This document shows positions 1-8,707 of a DNA stretch of 35,579 nt, piece after piece (the first letter of the stretch is position 1; each line of letters starts with the position of its first letter). Below the pieces are notes generated by a model. The model saw nothing but the letters and a program-made list of their open reading frames with translations. It had not been told where the DNA came from and searched no databases. Made by a program: the position numbers and the translations under genes. Source of the DNA: an uncultured Anaerolineaceae bacterium (GTDB taxonomy: Bacteria > Chloroflexota > Anaerolineae > Anaerolineales > UBA4823); the NCBI GenBank assembly GCA_964484335.1, contig CAZAGA010000002.1, positions 1-35,579 on the forward strand, written 5' to 3'.

Positions 1-2
1 AA

Positions 3-437
3 ACGCTGTCCTCGATCTCCGTAAAGTATGACGTTTCGGTAACGGAAATCGCGACAGCTAACGATCTTAAAGAGCCTTACCAGATTTTCGTCGGACAACG
101 TCTATGCATTCCAGGAACAGTCGCAGCGACAACCACAGCTACAGACGCTTCCAGCACTGCCAAGGGTCCGGATTTCACCGCCAAGAAGGGATCTGATCCT
201 TTCACGGTCGTGATCTCGACAGTTGGCTACCCAGCTAGAACACCGTACTACTTCCGGATCACGCGTGTTGACCAGCCAAGCGTCACTGCCAAGCTGGGAA
301 CAATGAAAACCAATAAAACCGGCGTCGCAACGCGCACTTTCCGAATCCCCAAGGCCTTCCGCGATGCCAGCCTGGTGACCATTTGTTTGAAAAACGCCTT
401 CACTGACGGCGTTCAATGTAAAACTTACCGACCCTAA
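3..437 (+). CDS. LysM domain-containing protein, C-terminal part (5' end lies outside the window)
   Basis: Frame 3 is open from the window edge to TAA at 435-437. Hand translation starts TLSSISVKYDVSVTEIATANDLKEPYQIFVGQRLCIPG, which fits the LysM consensus (DTL..IA..Y.vs...L...N.L.....i.vGQ.L.IP). The ORF track only shows the part from Met at 210. Confidence 0.75.
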   Translation, partial: TLSSISVKYDVSVTEIATANDLKEPYQIFVGQRLCIPGTVAATTTATDASSTAKGPDFTAKKGSDPFTVVISTVGYPARTPYYFRITRVDQPSVTAKLGTMKTNKTGVATRTFRIPKAFRDASLVTICLKNAFTDGVQCKTYRP

Positions 438-469
438 GGTTCTTCCTACCGGAATACAATAATACAGGT

Positions 470-496
470 GGGGGTGCGTTTTCTTAACGCACCCCC
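470..496 (+). terminator. Rho-independent terminator-like hairpin after the LysM gene
   Basis: Perfect 11-bp inverted repeat GGGGGTGCGTT (470-480) / AACGCACCCCC (486-496) with 5-nt loop TTCTT, followed by ATTTGTGTG. It sits 33 nt after the stop codon. Confidence 0.7.
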
Positions 497-526
497 ATTT
501 GTGTGCTTAGGCCGATAAAAAAATTT

Positions 527-1435
527 ATGGATCAACAAATTTCTCCTCTTTCATCCGCTCAATCCTCCATGGAAGGAAAAGTTGTTCTGATCACTGGAGC
601 AACCTCAGGAATCGGGTTGGCGACTGCGAAAGCCCTGGCCGCGCAGGGTGCACAGACGGTTATTGTCGGTCGTAATCCGCAACGCACCCTGGATGCGTTG
701 CAGCAAATCCGCCAGGCGACATCGAATCAGATGGTTGATACCTTGATCGCAGATCTGTCTGCCAGCCAGCAGGTCCGTGCGCTGGCAGACGCATTTTGTA
801 ACAAGTACAACCGCCTGGATGTCTTGATCAACAATGCCGGGGCGCATTTTTTTGACCGCCAGCTCAGCGAAGATGGGTATGAAATGACGTTTGCTCTGAA
901 CCAACTCAGCTATTTTTTGTTATCCAATTTATTATTAGAAAGATTGATAGAGACCGCTAAACAGGTTGGCGAGGCCAGGATTGTTAATGTCGCTTCAGAG
1001 GCACACCGAGGGACCCGGCTGGATTTGGATGATCCCATGTACGGCCGGCGCAAGTACGCACTGGGCGGATTCGGCGCATATGCACAATCCAAGCTAGCAA
1101 ATATTTTATTCAGCTTTGAATTCGCTCGGCGGTTAAATGGAAACGGGGTAACGGTGAACGCCCTGCATCCGGGTTTGGTGGCAACGAATATTGGAAGCGG
1201 GCACCCACTAGCAAAGATGGCTTTTCGAATGATGAGTTGGTTTGCGCTCACTGCTGAAGAAGGCGCCGAAACCTCGATTTACCTAGCCAGCTCCCCTGCA
1301 ATGCGGGGCATTAGCGGTCAATATTTCATAAAGTGCAAACCAGTCGCGGCTGACCGGGCAGCCTACGACCTGAAAACCGCAGCCAGGTTGTGGGAGATCT
1401 GCACACGGCTAACCCTTCTGGAAGAAAAAAGGTAA
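527..1435 (+). CDS. Short-chain dehydrogenase/reductase (SDR) family oxidoreductase
   Basis: TGATSGIGLATAKAL (TGxxxGxG cofactor motif), NNAG, and catalytic YAQSKLAN (YxxxK). The track start GTG 503 abuts the upstream terminator, so ATG 527 or ATG 569 (MEGKVVLITG) is more plausible. The exact start is uncertain. Confidence 0.85.
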   Translation: MDQQISPLSSAQSSMEGKVVLITGATSGIGLATAKALAAQGAQTVIVGRNPQRTLDALQQIRQATSNQMVDTLIADLSASQQVRALADAFCNKYNRLDVLINNAGAHFFDRQLSEDGYEMTFALNQLSYFLLSNLLLERLIETAKQVGEARIVNVASEAHRGTRLDLDDPMYGRRKYALGGFGAYAQSKLANILFSFEFARRLNGNGVTVNALHPGLVATNIGSGHPLAKMAFRMMSWFALTAEEGAETSIYLASSPAMRGISGQYFIKCKPVAADRAAYDLKTAARLWEICTRLTLLEEKR

Positions 1436-1442
1436 GCCAGCC

Positions 1443-1471
1443 TTGACAAAATAGAACTTATATTCTATATT
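1443..1471 (+). promoter_or_regulatory. Sigma70-type promoter candidate
   Basis: TTGACA (1443-1448), 17-nt spacer, TATATT (1466-1471), about 60 nt upstream of ATG 1530. Confidence 0.55.
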
Positions 1472-1529
1472 ATAGCCATTGCACCCTTTTCCGGTCAATT
1501 CCGATTCGACTTTCCTGATGGAGGGTACC

Positions 1530-2369
1530 ATGGCAAACAATTCCTATCCTTACCCAGTTTCAAGCGGTTCGTATAAGCGGATTCGCGCCTCTCGTGGGCT
1601 GGCTTTTGGCGCCATCCTGATTGGCGCTCTAATTGCTTTCGAGATCTTCAATTACAGCACCACTGAATATGCCCTGGCCGATTTGCTTGGCAACTTGACC
1701 TTTCTAGGCATCCCCTGGGCTACGATCCTGTCTCTGGCTTTCTGCGGGATTGACTTCGCGGGTATCGCTCGGTTACATACGCCTGAAGATGGCTCTGGCC
1801 AGCCGAATGAAACCTGGTACCTGTTCGGCGCATGGATCCTGGCGGCAACCATGAACGCCACGCTGACCTGGTGGGGCGTTTCCCTGGCGCTAATCAATCA
1901 TACCAGCCTGGGGAACAGCTTGATCGACCGGGCGACCATGCTCAAAGTCGTTCCAGTCTTTGTCTCTGTCCTGGTCTGGTTGATCCGGGTCCTCATCATT
2001 GGAACCTATTCGACCGGTGGGGCAAGATTATTCTCCCAACGGGATTACCGGAAATCGAATCGAGCTCCGTCATTACGGGAAATCGCCGAAAGCGGTGCAG
2101 TACGTTCACTTGGTAACCGCGCCAGTTCTGCTCGTCCAGCTCAAATTCAGAGCCGCACCTTTCATACGGCAGCGCCTAAAACTATTCCTACCCCAAACCA
2201 GAATGCCAATCGCTACGACCCAAATTACAGCCGGCCTGAACCCGAATACGTGCCAGCCGTTAGTGCGGCTGCACAAAGCCAGGCCAATCGCCGGTTCAAT
2301 GTCCCCGAGGCTGGACAAGGACCGGTCAGACCACCTGATCCGGGTTCGCCCCGTCCACGCAACTTTTAG
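1530..2369 (+). CDS. Hypothetical polytopic membrane protein with Pro/Arg/Asn-rich C-terminal tail
   Basis: ORF 1479..2369. ATG 1530 (MANNSYPYP) is preceded by GGAGGG at 1520-1525. Several hydrophobic segments are present (GAILIGALIAFEIF, ILSLAFCGIDFAGI, LFGAWILAATMNATL, VVPVFVSVLVWLIRVLIIG). I recognise no family. Confidence 0.6.
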   Translation: MANNSYPYPVSSGSYKRIRASRGLAFGAILIGALIAFEIFNYSTTEYALADLLGNLTFLGIPWATILSLAFCGIDFAGIARLHTPEDGSGQPNETWYLFGAWILAATMNATLTWWGVSLALINHTSLGNSLIDRATMLKVVPVFVSVLVWLIRVLIIGTYSTGGARLFSQRDYRKSNRAPSLREIAESGAVRSLGNRASSARPAQIQSRTFHTAAPKTIPTPNQNANRYDPNYSRPEPEYVPAVSAAAQSQANRRFNVPEAGQGPVRPPDPGSPRPRNF

Positions 2370-2395
2370 AACCGACAAACCCAGATGACCAGATT

Positions 2396-2440
2396 ATTGA
2401 GTTCTGGGGAAGCGACCCAATCGATCCCCCAGAACTCAAT
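2396..2440 (+). terminator. Terminator-like hairpin
   Basis: Perfect 14-bp stem ATTGAGTTCTGGGG (2396-2409) / CCCCAGAACTCAAT (2427-2440), 17-nt loop, followed by CCTTTTAATC. Confidence 0.6.
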
Positions 2441-2455
2441 CCTTTTAATCTATCA

Positions 2456-2483
2456 TTGACAACTCACATATTTCAAGTATGAT
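2456..2483 (+). promoter_or_regulatory. Sigma70-type promoter candidate for rarD (very short leader)
   Basis: TTGACA (2456-2461), 16-nt spacer, TATGAT (2478-2483). The ATG is at 2493, so the transcript would be leaderless or nearly so. Confidence 0.5.
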
Positions 2484-2492
2484 CAGTCAGCT

Positions 2493-3380
2493 ATGGATCG
2501 ACGAGGACTCATTTATGGGTTGATAGCCTATGGCTTATGGGGCATTCTTCCATTGTACTGGAAGGTTATCCGGCATGTCTCAGCGCAGGAAATCCTGGTT
2601 CACCGGATCATCTGGTCATTTTTCTTTCTATCTTTGCTGCTCAGCCTGCGCCGGCAATGGGGTTGGTTGCGCGGGGTGGTTAAGCAGCGCAACACCCTGC
2701 GAATCCTAATTGCTGCAGCTCTGTTATTGTCGGTCAACTGGTTTATTTATATCTGGGCGGTAAACGCTGGATTTGTGGTCGAAACTAGTTTGGGATATTT
2801 TATTAATCCCCTGGTCAATGTACTGTTAGGTACATTCTACCTGCGAGAAAAGCTGCGACCCGGACAATGGGCAGCGGTCAGCCTGGCCGCCGCTGGTGTA
2901 CTCTATTTGACAATCAGTTATGGTTCCCCGCCCTGGATCGCTCTCAGCCTGGCCTTTTCCTTCGGTATTTATGGATTGCTAAAGAAAAAGGTTAATTTGG
3001 GAGCAGCAGAGAGCCTAACTACGGAGATGAGCGTGCTGCTCTTACCGGCGATTGGTTACCTGGTTTACCTGGAGTTAACCCAGAAAGCTGTATTCAGGAG
3101 CAGCGAAGCAGTCACGGTGCTCTTCATGATTGGCACTGGCGTAGTCACGGCAACACCACTGGTGTTTTTTGCGGCGGCTGCTCGGCGGGTGCCACTCTCC
3201 ATGCTGGGCTTGTTGCAGTATATAGCCCCAACCATGCAATTCCTGATCGGGATCACAGCCTTTCGGGAACCTTTCTCGCTCCAAAAGTTGGTGGGATTTG
3301 CAATCATCTGGGTGGCCCTGGCAGTTTACAGTCTTGAAGGCGCCTGGCAACGCCGGGCACAAACCGCCGCTCTGGGCTGA
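2493..3380 (+). CDS. rarD: EamA/RarD-family (DMT superfamily) transporter
   Basis: 295 aa with about 10 hydrophobic helices. The N-terminus GLIYGLIAYGLWGILPLYWK is typical of RarD proteins, and the size fits the two-EamA-repeat organisation. Confidence 0.75.
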   Translation: MDRRGLIYGLIAYGLWGILPLYWKVIRHVSAQEILVHRIIWSFFFLSLLLSLRRQWGWLRGVVKQRNTLRILIAAALLLSVNWFIYIWAVNAGFVVETSLGYFINPLVNVLLGTFYLREKLRPGQWAAVSLAAAGVLYLTISYGSPPWIALSLAFSFGIYGLLKKKVNLGAAESLTTEMSVLLLPAIGYLVYLELTQKAVFRSSEAVTVLFMIGTGVVTATPLVFFAAAARRVPLSMLGLLQYIAPTMQFLIGITAFREPFSLQKLVGFAIIWVALAVYSLEGAWQRRAQTAALG

Positions 3381-3392
3381 TCCAGAGCGGCG
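3365..3392. terminator. Hairpin between convergent genes (possible terminator, no clear U-tract)
   Basis: 11-bp stem CGCCGCTCTGG (3365-3375) / CCAGAGCGGCG (3382-3392), 6-nt loop. It overlaps the rarD stop codon (3378-3380). Confidence 0.35.
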
Positions 3393-3428
3393 ATTGTGAT
3401 TCAACGCCCACTTCGTTCTCGAGAGAGC

Positions 3429-5093
3429 TTAATTGTCGAGGATGCGCGGTAAATCCTTGGCTTGCTCAATCCATTCCTCGATCATTGCCTGGGACGGCAA
3501 GACCTCCAGGATGGTATTCGCCTGGTTTGTTTCGAGTAGTTTTTGAGATAACTGTTCAGCTTTCCGGCCAGCAAGGTCTCGAATTGAAGTGACGCCTGCC
3601 AGCTCAAAAAGTTCTGCAGCCTGGGGGCTGAGTCCGCGAATGCGCAAAAGGTCAGCCTGGCGTGTCCAGCGGGAAATCAACTTTCCAGGGAGACCGGTTT
3701 TCTCGGCCAACCCCTGACGTCCCTTGGCACTGGCACAACGCTGGAGAAAAGCATGCAGGGTATCGATTCCCTGAGCGGCCAGAACCTGGCTGTATTCGGA
3801 ACCGATGCCCTGGATTTCTGAAACAGCGCGGTTAAATTGGGCTGCCCTCGGGGTCTCGTCAGCCTCATTTTCACGTTCAGGGATCCACTCCTCGGCCTGA
3901 ACAGGCAAGACGGGTGGTATAGCCAAATCGGAACTTTCCGCCTCGTCCAGTTCTTCTTCAATTGCCTGTTCGGCAGCCTGCAGGTCGGGCGTTTCAACTG
4001 GTTCGACGGGTTCGATTTCCGACGCTTCCTGGGCAACTGCCTCGATTTCGGCTGGCGCATCCATCGCTGCGGCGATCGGCTCCGGAGCTTCTTCCAGCGC
4101 CCATTCAATCCCAGAAGGAATTTCGGAAGGAGCTTCGTCCAGGGAGACAGCTTGAGCAATTTCTTCTTCTTCAGGAAGCTCGAGCACAGGAGCAGGCTCG
4201 GCAGGGGTTTCCGGTTGGAGGTCGGCAACCTCAAGCTCCTCAGACGGGGGTTCGGGCGCCTCTACCACAGGCATCTCCAGGACAGGTTCCGGGATCGAAA
4301 TCTCCTCAGCAGGCTCGCTGGCTGGGGCGTTTTCGACCCATTCCTCAACGACCGGGGCGGTCAGGGCTAGGGTCGATGGCGCGTTTTCAAGCGGGCCGAT
4401 CGCCTGATCAGGTTCCGGGATTTCCGACCTCACCGCAACAGGCGCAGCCACTTCAATTTCCGGTGACTCCGGCAGAGGCGCAGCCGCTTCGATTTCCGGT
4501 GACTCCGGCAGAGGTGCAGCCGGTTCCATTTCTTCAATCACTGGCTCGATCCGTTGGGCTTCCGCGACAGGCTCAGGGGCAAGCGGCGCTTCGATTGCCG
4601 GTTGTCTTCCGCCGCTGAAGAGGCGAATCACCAGCACCACCAGCAGCACAACCGCCAGCAGCGCCAGGAAAAGCCCGGCGGCAACATAGCCAAATAAAGG
4701 CGGTTTGAGCAGCCTGCCAACCAGGTCATTAGCCGCGGGTTGCTCCTGCGAACCTGATTGCTCCGGTGCAGGCGAGCCAGAAGCTACTGCTTCCGCGAAA
4801 GCTTTGATCTCGGCAGCACGCTCACCTTGGGCGCCAGCCTGCAAGGTCGATAAGGCTTCGGGAGCATATTTCCCTAAAGCAGAAAAGCGCTGCTGCGCCA
4901 CTTCGGGATTGGGATTTCGGGCGTAAGAGTCGGCTGACATATTCAGCCATTCCAAACGCCAATTCGCCTGCAGACCTTCAGGGCTTGCATCCGTCCACTG
5001 GACAGGCCAAACCACCCACCCAACCAACAGGCCAAACGCCAGGCCAACCAAAAGGGCCAGCACAACTAAAAACCAGATACCACAACTTTTCAT
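3429..5093 (-). CDS. Membrane-anchored, Pro/Glu/Ala-rich acidic repeat protein with C-terminal DUF4332 (helix-hairpin-helix) domain
   Basis: 554 aa. N-terminal TM helix (IWFLVVLALLVGLAFGLLVGWVVW) and a second TM helix (LFGYVAAGLFLALLAVVLLVVLVI). A low-complexity acidic region of about 250 aa carries PESPEIE repeats. The C-terminus IQGIGSEYSQVLAAQGIDTL...LLRIRGLSPQAAELFELAGVTSIRDLA matches the DUF4332 tandem HhH pattern. AAGGAG lies just upstream of ATG 5093. Confidence 0.7.
   Translation of the reverse strand: MKSCGIWFLVVLALLVGLAFGLLVGWVVWPVQWTDASPEGLQANWRLEWLNMSADSYARNPNPEVAQQRFSALGKYAPEALSTLQAGAQGERAAEIKAFAEAVASGSPAPEQSGSQEQPAANDLVGRLLKPPLFGYVAAGLFLALLAVVLLVVLVIRLFSGGRQPAIEAPLAPEPVAEAQRIEPVIEEMEPAAPLPESPEIEAAAPLPESPEIEVAAPVAVRSEIPEPDQAIGPLENAPSTLALTAPVVEEWVENAPASEPAEEISIPEPVLEMPVVEAPEPPSEELEVADLQPETPAEPAPVLELPEEEEIAQAVSLDEAPSEIPSGIEWALEEAPEPIAAAMDAPAEIEAVAQEASEIEPVEPVETPDLQAAEQAIEEELDEAESSDLAIPPVLPVQAEEWIPERENEADETPRAAQFNRAVSEIQGIGSEYSQVLAAQGIDTLHAFLQRCASAKGRQGLAEKTGLPGKLISRWTRQADLLRIRGLSPQAAELFELAGVTSIRDLAGRKAEQLSQKLLETNQANTILEVLPSQAMIEEWIEQAKDLPRILDN
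4452..4523. repeat. 2 x 36-bp in-frame tandem direct repeat inside the acidic-repeat CDS
   Basis: TTCAATTTCCGGTGACTCCGGCAGAGGCGCAGCCGC (4452-4487) versus TTCGATTTCCGGTGACTCCGGCAGAGGTGCAGCCGG (4488-4523), 3 mismatches. It encodes the duplicated AAPLPESPEIE peptide on the minus strand. Confidence 0.9.
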
Positions 5094-5310
5094 ACCTGCT
5101 CCTTTCGTTGATCAACCAGCCTCGCAAGCCAGGAGATGAACTGTTCTCACCCAGGATTAACCTTTATTATAACATCCACAGAAATCAATTCTTGCAACGA
5201 AGGCCCGAATTTCTCGTATATTTGGATTGATGATACAATTTTGAGGTTGAGGCATCCTCGGACGAACAGGCACTCGATCTCGAAAAAGCCAATTCTAAAT
5301 GGAGGTTGTA

Positions 5311-5469
5311 ATGAGTTGCTTGCGAGTATTGCTATGCGTAATTTTCCCGCCCCTGGCGGTGGTAGATAAGGGGTGTGGTTCGATTGTCATCACCACAATC
5401 TTAACCTTGGTGGGCTGGGTGCCAGGTGTGATTGCTGCCCTGGTGATCAACACTCGTTCACCCTACTAA
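5311..5469 (+). CDS. Pmp3/YqaE (UPF0057) family small hydrophobic membrane protein, 52 aa, absent from the supplied ORF track
   Basis: Hand translation: MSCLRVLLCVIFPPLAVVDKGCGSIVITTILTLVGWVPGVIAALVINTRSPY*. GGAGG at 5301-5305 lies 5 nt before ATG 5311, and TAA is at 5467-5469. The family pattern is (I/F)xPPLAV..K.GCG.....N.LLTLLG(Y/W)(I/V)PG(I/V)IHA(L/I). Confidence 0.85.
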   Translation: MSCLRVLLCVIFPPLAVVDKGCGSIVITTILTLVGWVPGVIAALVINTRSPY

Positions 5470-5472
5470 TCC

Positions 5473-6702
5473 ATGCCGGTAGAGCAATCTTCTCCCACCT
5501 TACTAGAGAAAGCTCAGAGTCTGGCAGATCAGATGGTCGCCTGGCGGCGGCAGATTCATCGCCACCCAGAACTTGGGTTCAAGGAATATCAAACCGCCGC
5601 CACTGTCCAGCAAGCCCTTACCAGACTTGGCATAGAAAGCAGCGCTGGGATTGCGAAAACAGGCGTCGTCGGCCAAATCTTCGGTGGGCTGGGCCCAACT
5701 GTGGCGCTGCGCGCAGATATGGATGCCCTACCAATCCAGGAGGCGAATGGAACAGAGTACGACAGCCTGATTCCTGGGGTGATGCATGCCTGTGGTCACG
5801 ATGCACATACGGCCATGCTACTCGGTGCAGCCGCAATCCTGAAAGAGCTAGCGGAGCAAGAGCGCTTACCTGGAAGCGTACGGTTGATTTTTCAGCCAAG
5901 TGAAGAGGCTCAAGATGATGAAGGCAAGTCGGGTGGGATGCGGATGGTTGAAGAAGGGGCGCTACACGAAGTCGCTGCAGTGTTCGGCTTGCATGTCAAT
6001 CCTGATAAACCAGTCGGCACTGCTAGCACCCGCCCTGGACCGCTGCTGGCTGCAGCAGACACCTTCAAAATCAGCTTGCATGGGCCTGGCGGTCACGCTG
6101 CCTCCCCGCATGAAACGATTGATACGATTGCTTTAGCCGGGTTGATGATCCAGGCGATCCACCAGTTGGTTAGCCGCCGGTTGAATCCGCTAGAATCCGG
6201 CGTGGTCACTATCGGAACGATCCATGGCGGAACGGTCGATAACATTATCCCGGACCGTGTGGTTCTGACGGGAACGCTGCGGTCCTTTACTCAAGCCAGT
6301 CGCCAGATCTTGTTTACAGAGCTAGAAAAGGCCGCCCGAATTGTCGAACCGCTTGGTGCGAAGGTTGAAATCAGTATTTTGCCTGGCTACCCACCCACGA
6401 TAAATGATGAGATTGCAACAGCCAGGATGAGGTCGGCAGCCCAAGCCATCCTGGGGCAGGCTAACGTATCCCTGGCGGAACCCGAGATGGGTGCGGAAGA
6501 TTTTTCATTTCTGGCCCAAGCGTCTCCAGGCTGTTTTTTGCTGCTGGGGACCCAGGATCCCAACTGGGCTGAGCCAGCCTGCCAATTGCACCAGCCAAAC
6601 ACCCAGATCTCTGAAGCAGCCCTTCCCTATGGCGCTGCCATCCTGGTGGCTACCGCCCTGGAATGGATGAATACTCAGTCTAGAGTGGACCGGAATGGCT
6701 GA
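5473..6702 (+). CDS. M20D-family amidohydrolase (aminoacylase / hippurate hydrolase-like)
   Basis: 409 aa. [19 protein letters not shown], metal-ligand motif MHACGHDAH and GAEDFSF are typical of the amidohydrolase/peptidase M20D family. Confidence 0.85.
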   Translation: MPVEQSSPTLLEKAQSLADQMVAWRRQIHRHPELGFKEYQTAATVQQALTRLGIESSAGIAKTGVVGQIFGGLGPTVALRADMDALPIQEANGTEYDSLIPGVMHACGHDAHTAMLLGAAAILKELAEQERLPGSVRLIFQPSEEAQDDEGKSGGMRMVEEGALHEVAAVFGLHVNPDKPVGTASTRPGPLLAAADTFKISLHGPGGHAASPHETIDTIALAGLMIQAIHQLVSRRLNPLESGVVTIGTIHGGTVDNIIPDRVVLTGTLRSFTQASRQILFTELEKAARIVEPLGAKVEISILPGYPPTINDEIATARMRSAAQAILGQANVSLAEPEMGAEDFSFLAQASPGCFLLLGTQDPNWAEPACQLHQPNTQISEAALPYGAAILVATALEWMNTQSRVDRNG

Positions 6703-7252
6703 TCTGGAAGATTCAACCCGGCCAATCAGCGGCTGGCGCCGGAAGGTGCAGCGATTCGTTTCCCATCAAGCAGCCACCCGGCTGCTTTCGAAATTTGTCG
6801 CCCGGATCGACCGTCCGATCCTCAAACTGACCAAAGGACATTTTTCACCTTCTGGTTTCCTGGCTGGCTGGCCAGTTGTGAATCTCCAAACCACCGGCGC
6901 TAAAAGCGGCCAGCCACGGATCACGCCCTTAATTGGCATACCCGATGGCGAGAAATTTATCCTAATTGCCTCAAATTACGGTCAAACCAGGAATCCGGCC
7001 TGGTATTACAACCTGGTAGCCAACCCGGTCGCCTGGCTTACCTTTAGAGGTCAGAGCCGGCAGTACCAAGCGACCGAAGCTACGGGAGTGGAACGTGAGC
7101 GCTACTGGGGCATGGCTGTCTCCGCTCACTCCGGCTACCAAGATTACCAATCCCGGGCGGGTCGAAAGATCCCGATTATGGTGCTTTCTCCGATCGAAGA
7201 AATAGGCATCGGAAAAACTTACCTTCCGCCTGCTGGGCAGCCAAAGGTATAA
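6695..7252 (+). CDS. Nitroreductase-family deazaflavin (F420H2)-dependent oxidoreductase (DUF385/DDN-like)
   Basis: 185 aa. [16 protein letters not shown]...[20 protein letters not shown]...ERERYW is the characteristic DUF385 pattern. The ATG overlaps the upstream stop by 8 nt (ATGGCTGA). Confidence 0.8.
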   Translation: MADLEDSTRPISGWRRKVQRFVSHQAATRLLSKFVARIDRPILKLTKGHFSPSGFLAGWPVVNLQTTGAKSGQPRITPLIGIPDGEKFILIASNYGQTRNPAWYYNLVANPVAWLTFRGQSRQYQATEATGVERERYWGMAVSAHSGYQDYQSRAGRKIPIMVLSPIEEIGIGKTYLPPAGQPKV

Positions 7253-7269
7253 TTCATTCCCGTGCGGAT

Positions 7270-8706
7270 ATGAAACGCTTGAGTTGGGTTGAGATCATCA
7301 ACCTGAATTGGTTTTGGCTTGGCCTGAACGTCCGAAACAATGCGGTTCAGGCCATTTTCCTGCCCTACTTGGTTAACGAGTTTGCGGCCGAGAGCTCGCG
7401 CAATTCTGCGCTGGGCTTTGCCCGGGCTGCCGGGCTGATCGTGGCGATGTTAGCACAGCCTGCTTTTGGCGCGTTAAGCGACCGAAGTACTGCGCGGTAT
7501 GGCAGACGACGACCATTCATACTCCTTGGGGTTCTGCTGGACCTGGTGTTTCTGGGGCTGCTGGCGGTTTCCAAGAACTATCCGATGCTAATCATCTCGA
7601 TTTTATTGATCCAGCTTTCTTCGAACATCTCCCATGGACCTTACCAGGCCATCATTCCCGATATGGTGGCTGTAGAGCAACGTGGCCTGGCCTCCGCAGT
7701 GAAATCAGTATTCGAGCTGCTTCCAATTGTATTCTTAGGATTTACGATTGCTGCGTTGGTTGGCCAGGGAAAATTTAGCCTGGCCGTGATCAGTACCGGC
7801 GGAGCGCTGATCTTTTTTATGCTTTTAACTGTTCTACTGATCAAGGAACCGCGTAACCCCCACCCAGTTTTCGAGCCGATCGCACCGATTTTATTCCGGG
7901 TCCTGGGATTGTTAATTGGAATCGGCGCGGGAGGAGCTCTTGGACTTCTGGCGGGGGGCATCCTGGGCGGCCTGGCAGCCGGGCTAGCCTGGTTGGGCGG
8001 CTGGAAAGACTTTGCCTGGCCAATTTGGATCGGGGCAGGCGGGGTAATCGCGATGCAGGTTGCCGTGGTTAGCGGGGTCAGTGTTGGCATTCGCGCAACG
8101 CTTGGGAAGGAGCATGGCCAGCCTGATTTTATGTGGTGGGTAGTCAACCGTTTATCGTTTCTGGCAGCTCTGACTTCCATCCAGAGTTTTGCACCGTACT
8201 TCTTGGCCTCCGCTTTTGGAGTAGATATCGAAGCAGCGATCGCGATCTATGGTAAATTAATCACAGTCGTGGGCGCGTTCATCCTGATCAGCGCATTTCC
8301 CAGCGGCTGGTTGTCCGACCGGATTGGGCCGAAGCGCCTGGTCGCTTTTTCAGCAGCCCTCGGGGCTGGAGCGACCGGGCTGTTATTAACCACGGTTTGG
8401 ACGCCTACCCTGCCAGTCATCTACCTTGCTGGCGCTGGGCTTGGGGTTGCCGGTGGCTTGTTTGTGGTTGCCAACTGGTCACTGGGCACCGGGCTAGCGC
8501 CAGCTGCCCAGGCTGGACGATACCTTGGAATTGCTAACCTGGCTGGCGCCGGCTCGGGAATTATTGGCGCGGGCCTGGGTGGTATTATCGCTGACACACT
8601 CAACCGCTATTCGGCTGGCTCAGGTTATTTTGTAATCTTTTGCGGGTTTGGCTGCTTGTTTTTACTCAGCATTGCCAGTCTAAGGGGTCTTGATGGCAGG
8701 AGGTAG
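7270..8706 (+). CDS. MFS transporter
   Basis: 478 aa, about 12 hydrophobic helices. The loop 2-3 motif GALSDRSTARYGRRRPF matches the MFS signature G-x-L-x-D-R-x-G-R-(K/R). Confidence 0.8.
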   Translation: MKRLSWVEIINLNWFWLGLNVRNNAVQAIFLPYLVNEFAAESSRNSALGFARAAGLIVAMLAQPAFGALSDRSTARYGRRRPFILLGVLLDLVFLGLLAVSKNYPMLIISILLIQLSSNISHGPYQAIIPDMVAVEQRGLASAVKSVFELLPIVFLGFTIAALVGQGKFSLAVISTGGALIFFMLLTVLLIKEPRNPHPVFEPIAPILFRVLGLLIGIGAGGALGLLAGGILGGLAAGLAWLGGWKDFAWPIWIGAGGVIAMQVAVVSGVSVGIRATLGKEHGQPDFMWWVVNRLSFLAALTSIQSFAPYFLASAFGVDIEAAIAIYGKLITVVGAFILISAFPSGWLSDRIGPKRLVAFSAALGAGATGLLLTTVWTPTLPVIYLAGAGLGVAGGLFVVANWSLGTGLAPAAQAGRYLGIANLAGAGSGIIGAGLGGIIADTLNRYSAGSGYFVIFCGFGCLFLLSIASLRGLDGRR

Positions 8707-8707
8707 A

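Noticed and set aside
102-416. 104-aa minus-strand ORF at the left edge.
   Set aside because: The plus-strand frame 3 gives a clear LysM domain running in from the window edge and is followed by a terminator. The antisense ORF has no recognisable features.
4008-4020. GGGTTCGATTTCC, reminiscent of a tRNA T-arm (GGTTCGAATCC).
   Set aside because: It has an extra base relative to the T-loop consensus, has no flanking acceptor or anticodon stems, and sits inside the repeat-rich CDS. I found no tRNA-like cloverleaf anywhere in the window.
4452-4523. Tandem 36-bp repeats considered as a CRISPR array.
   Set aside because: There are only two directly adjacent copies with no spacers, in frame within a CDS, encoding a duplicated peptide. 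This is not a CRISPR array.
3677-4618. Three long ORFs (3677..4234 minus frame, 3837..4370 plus, 3962..4618 plus) overlapping the 554-aa gene.
   Set aside because: They lie inside the Pro/Glu-rich low-complexity region. Their translations are Arg/Pro/Gln-rich nonsense typical of shadow frames of a compositionally biased CDS. The 554-aa frame alone has an RBS, TM helices and a recognisable C-terminal domain.
5094-5310. 217-nt divergent intergenic region inspected for a riboswitch, small RNA or small ORF; possible extended -10 (TGATACAAT, 5231-5239).
   Set aside because: I could not recognise a conserved riboswitch core or a stable multi-stem structure. The -35 partner (TTCTCG) is poor, and the 77-aa ORF 5136..5369 overlaps the well-supported Pmp3 gene out of frame. 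It is left unannotated.
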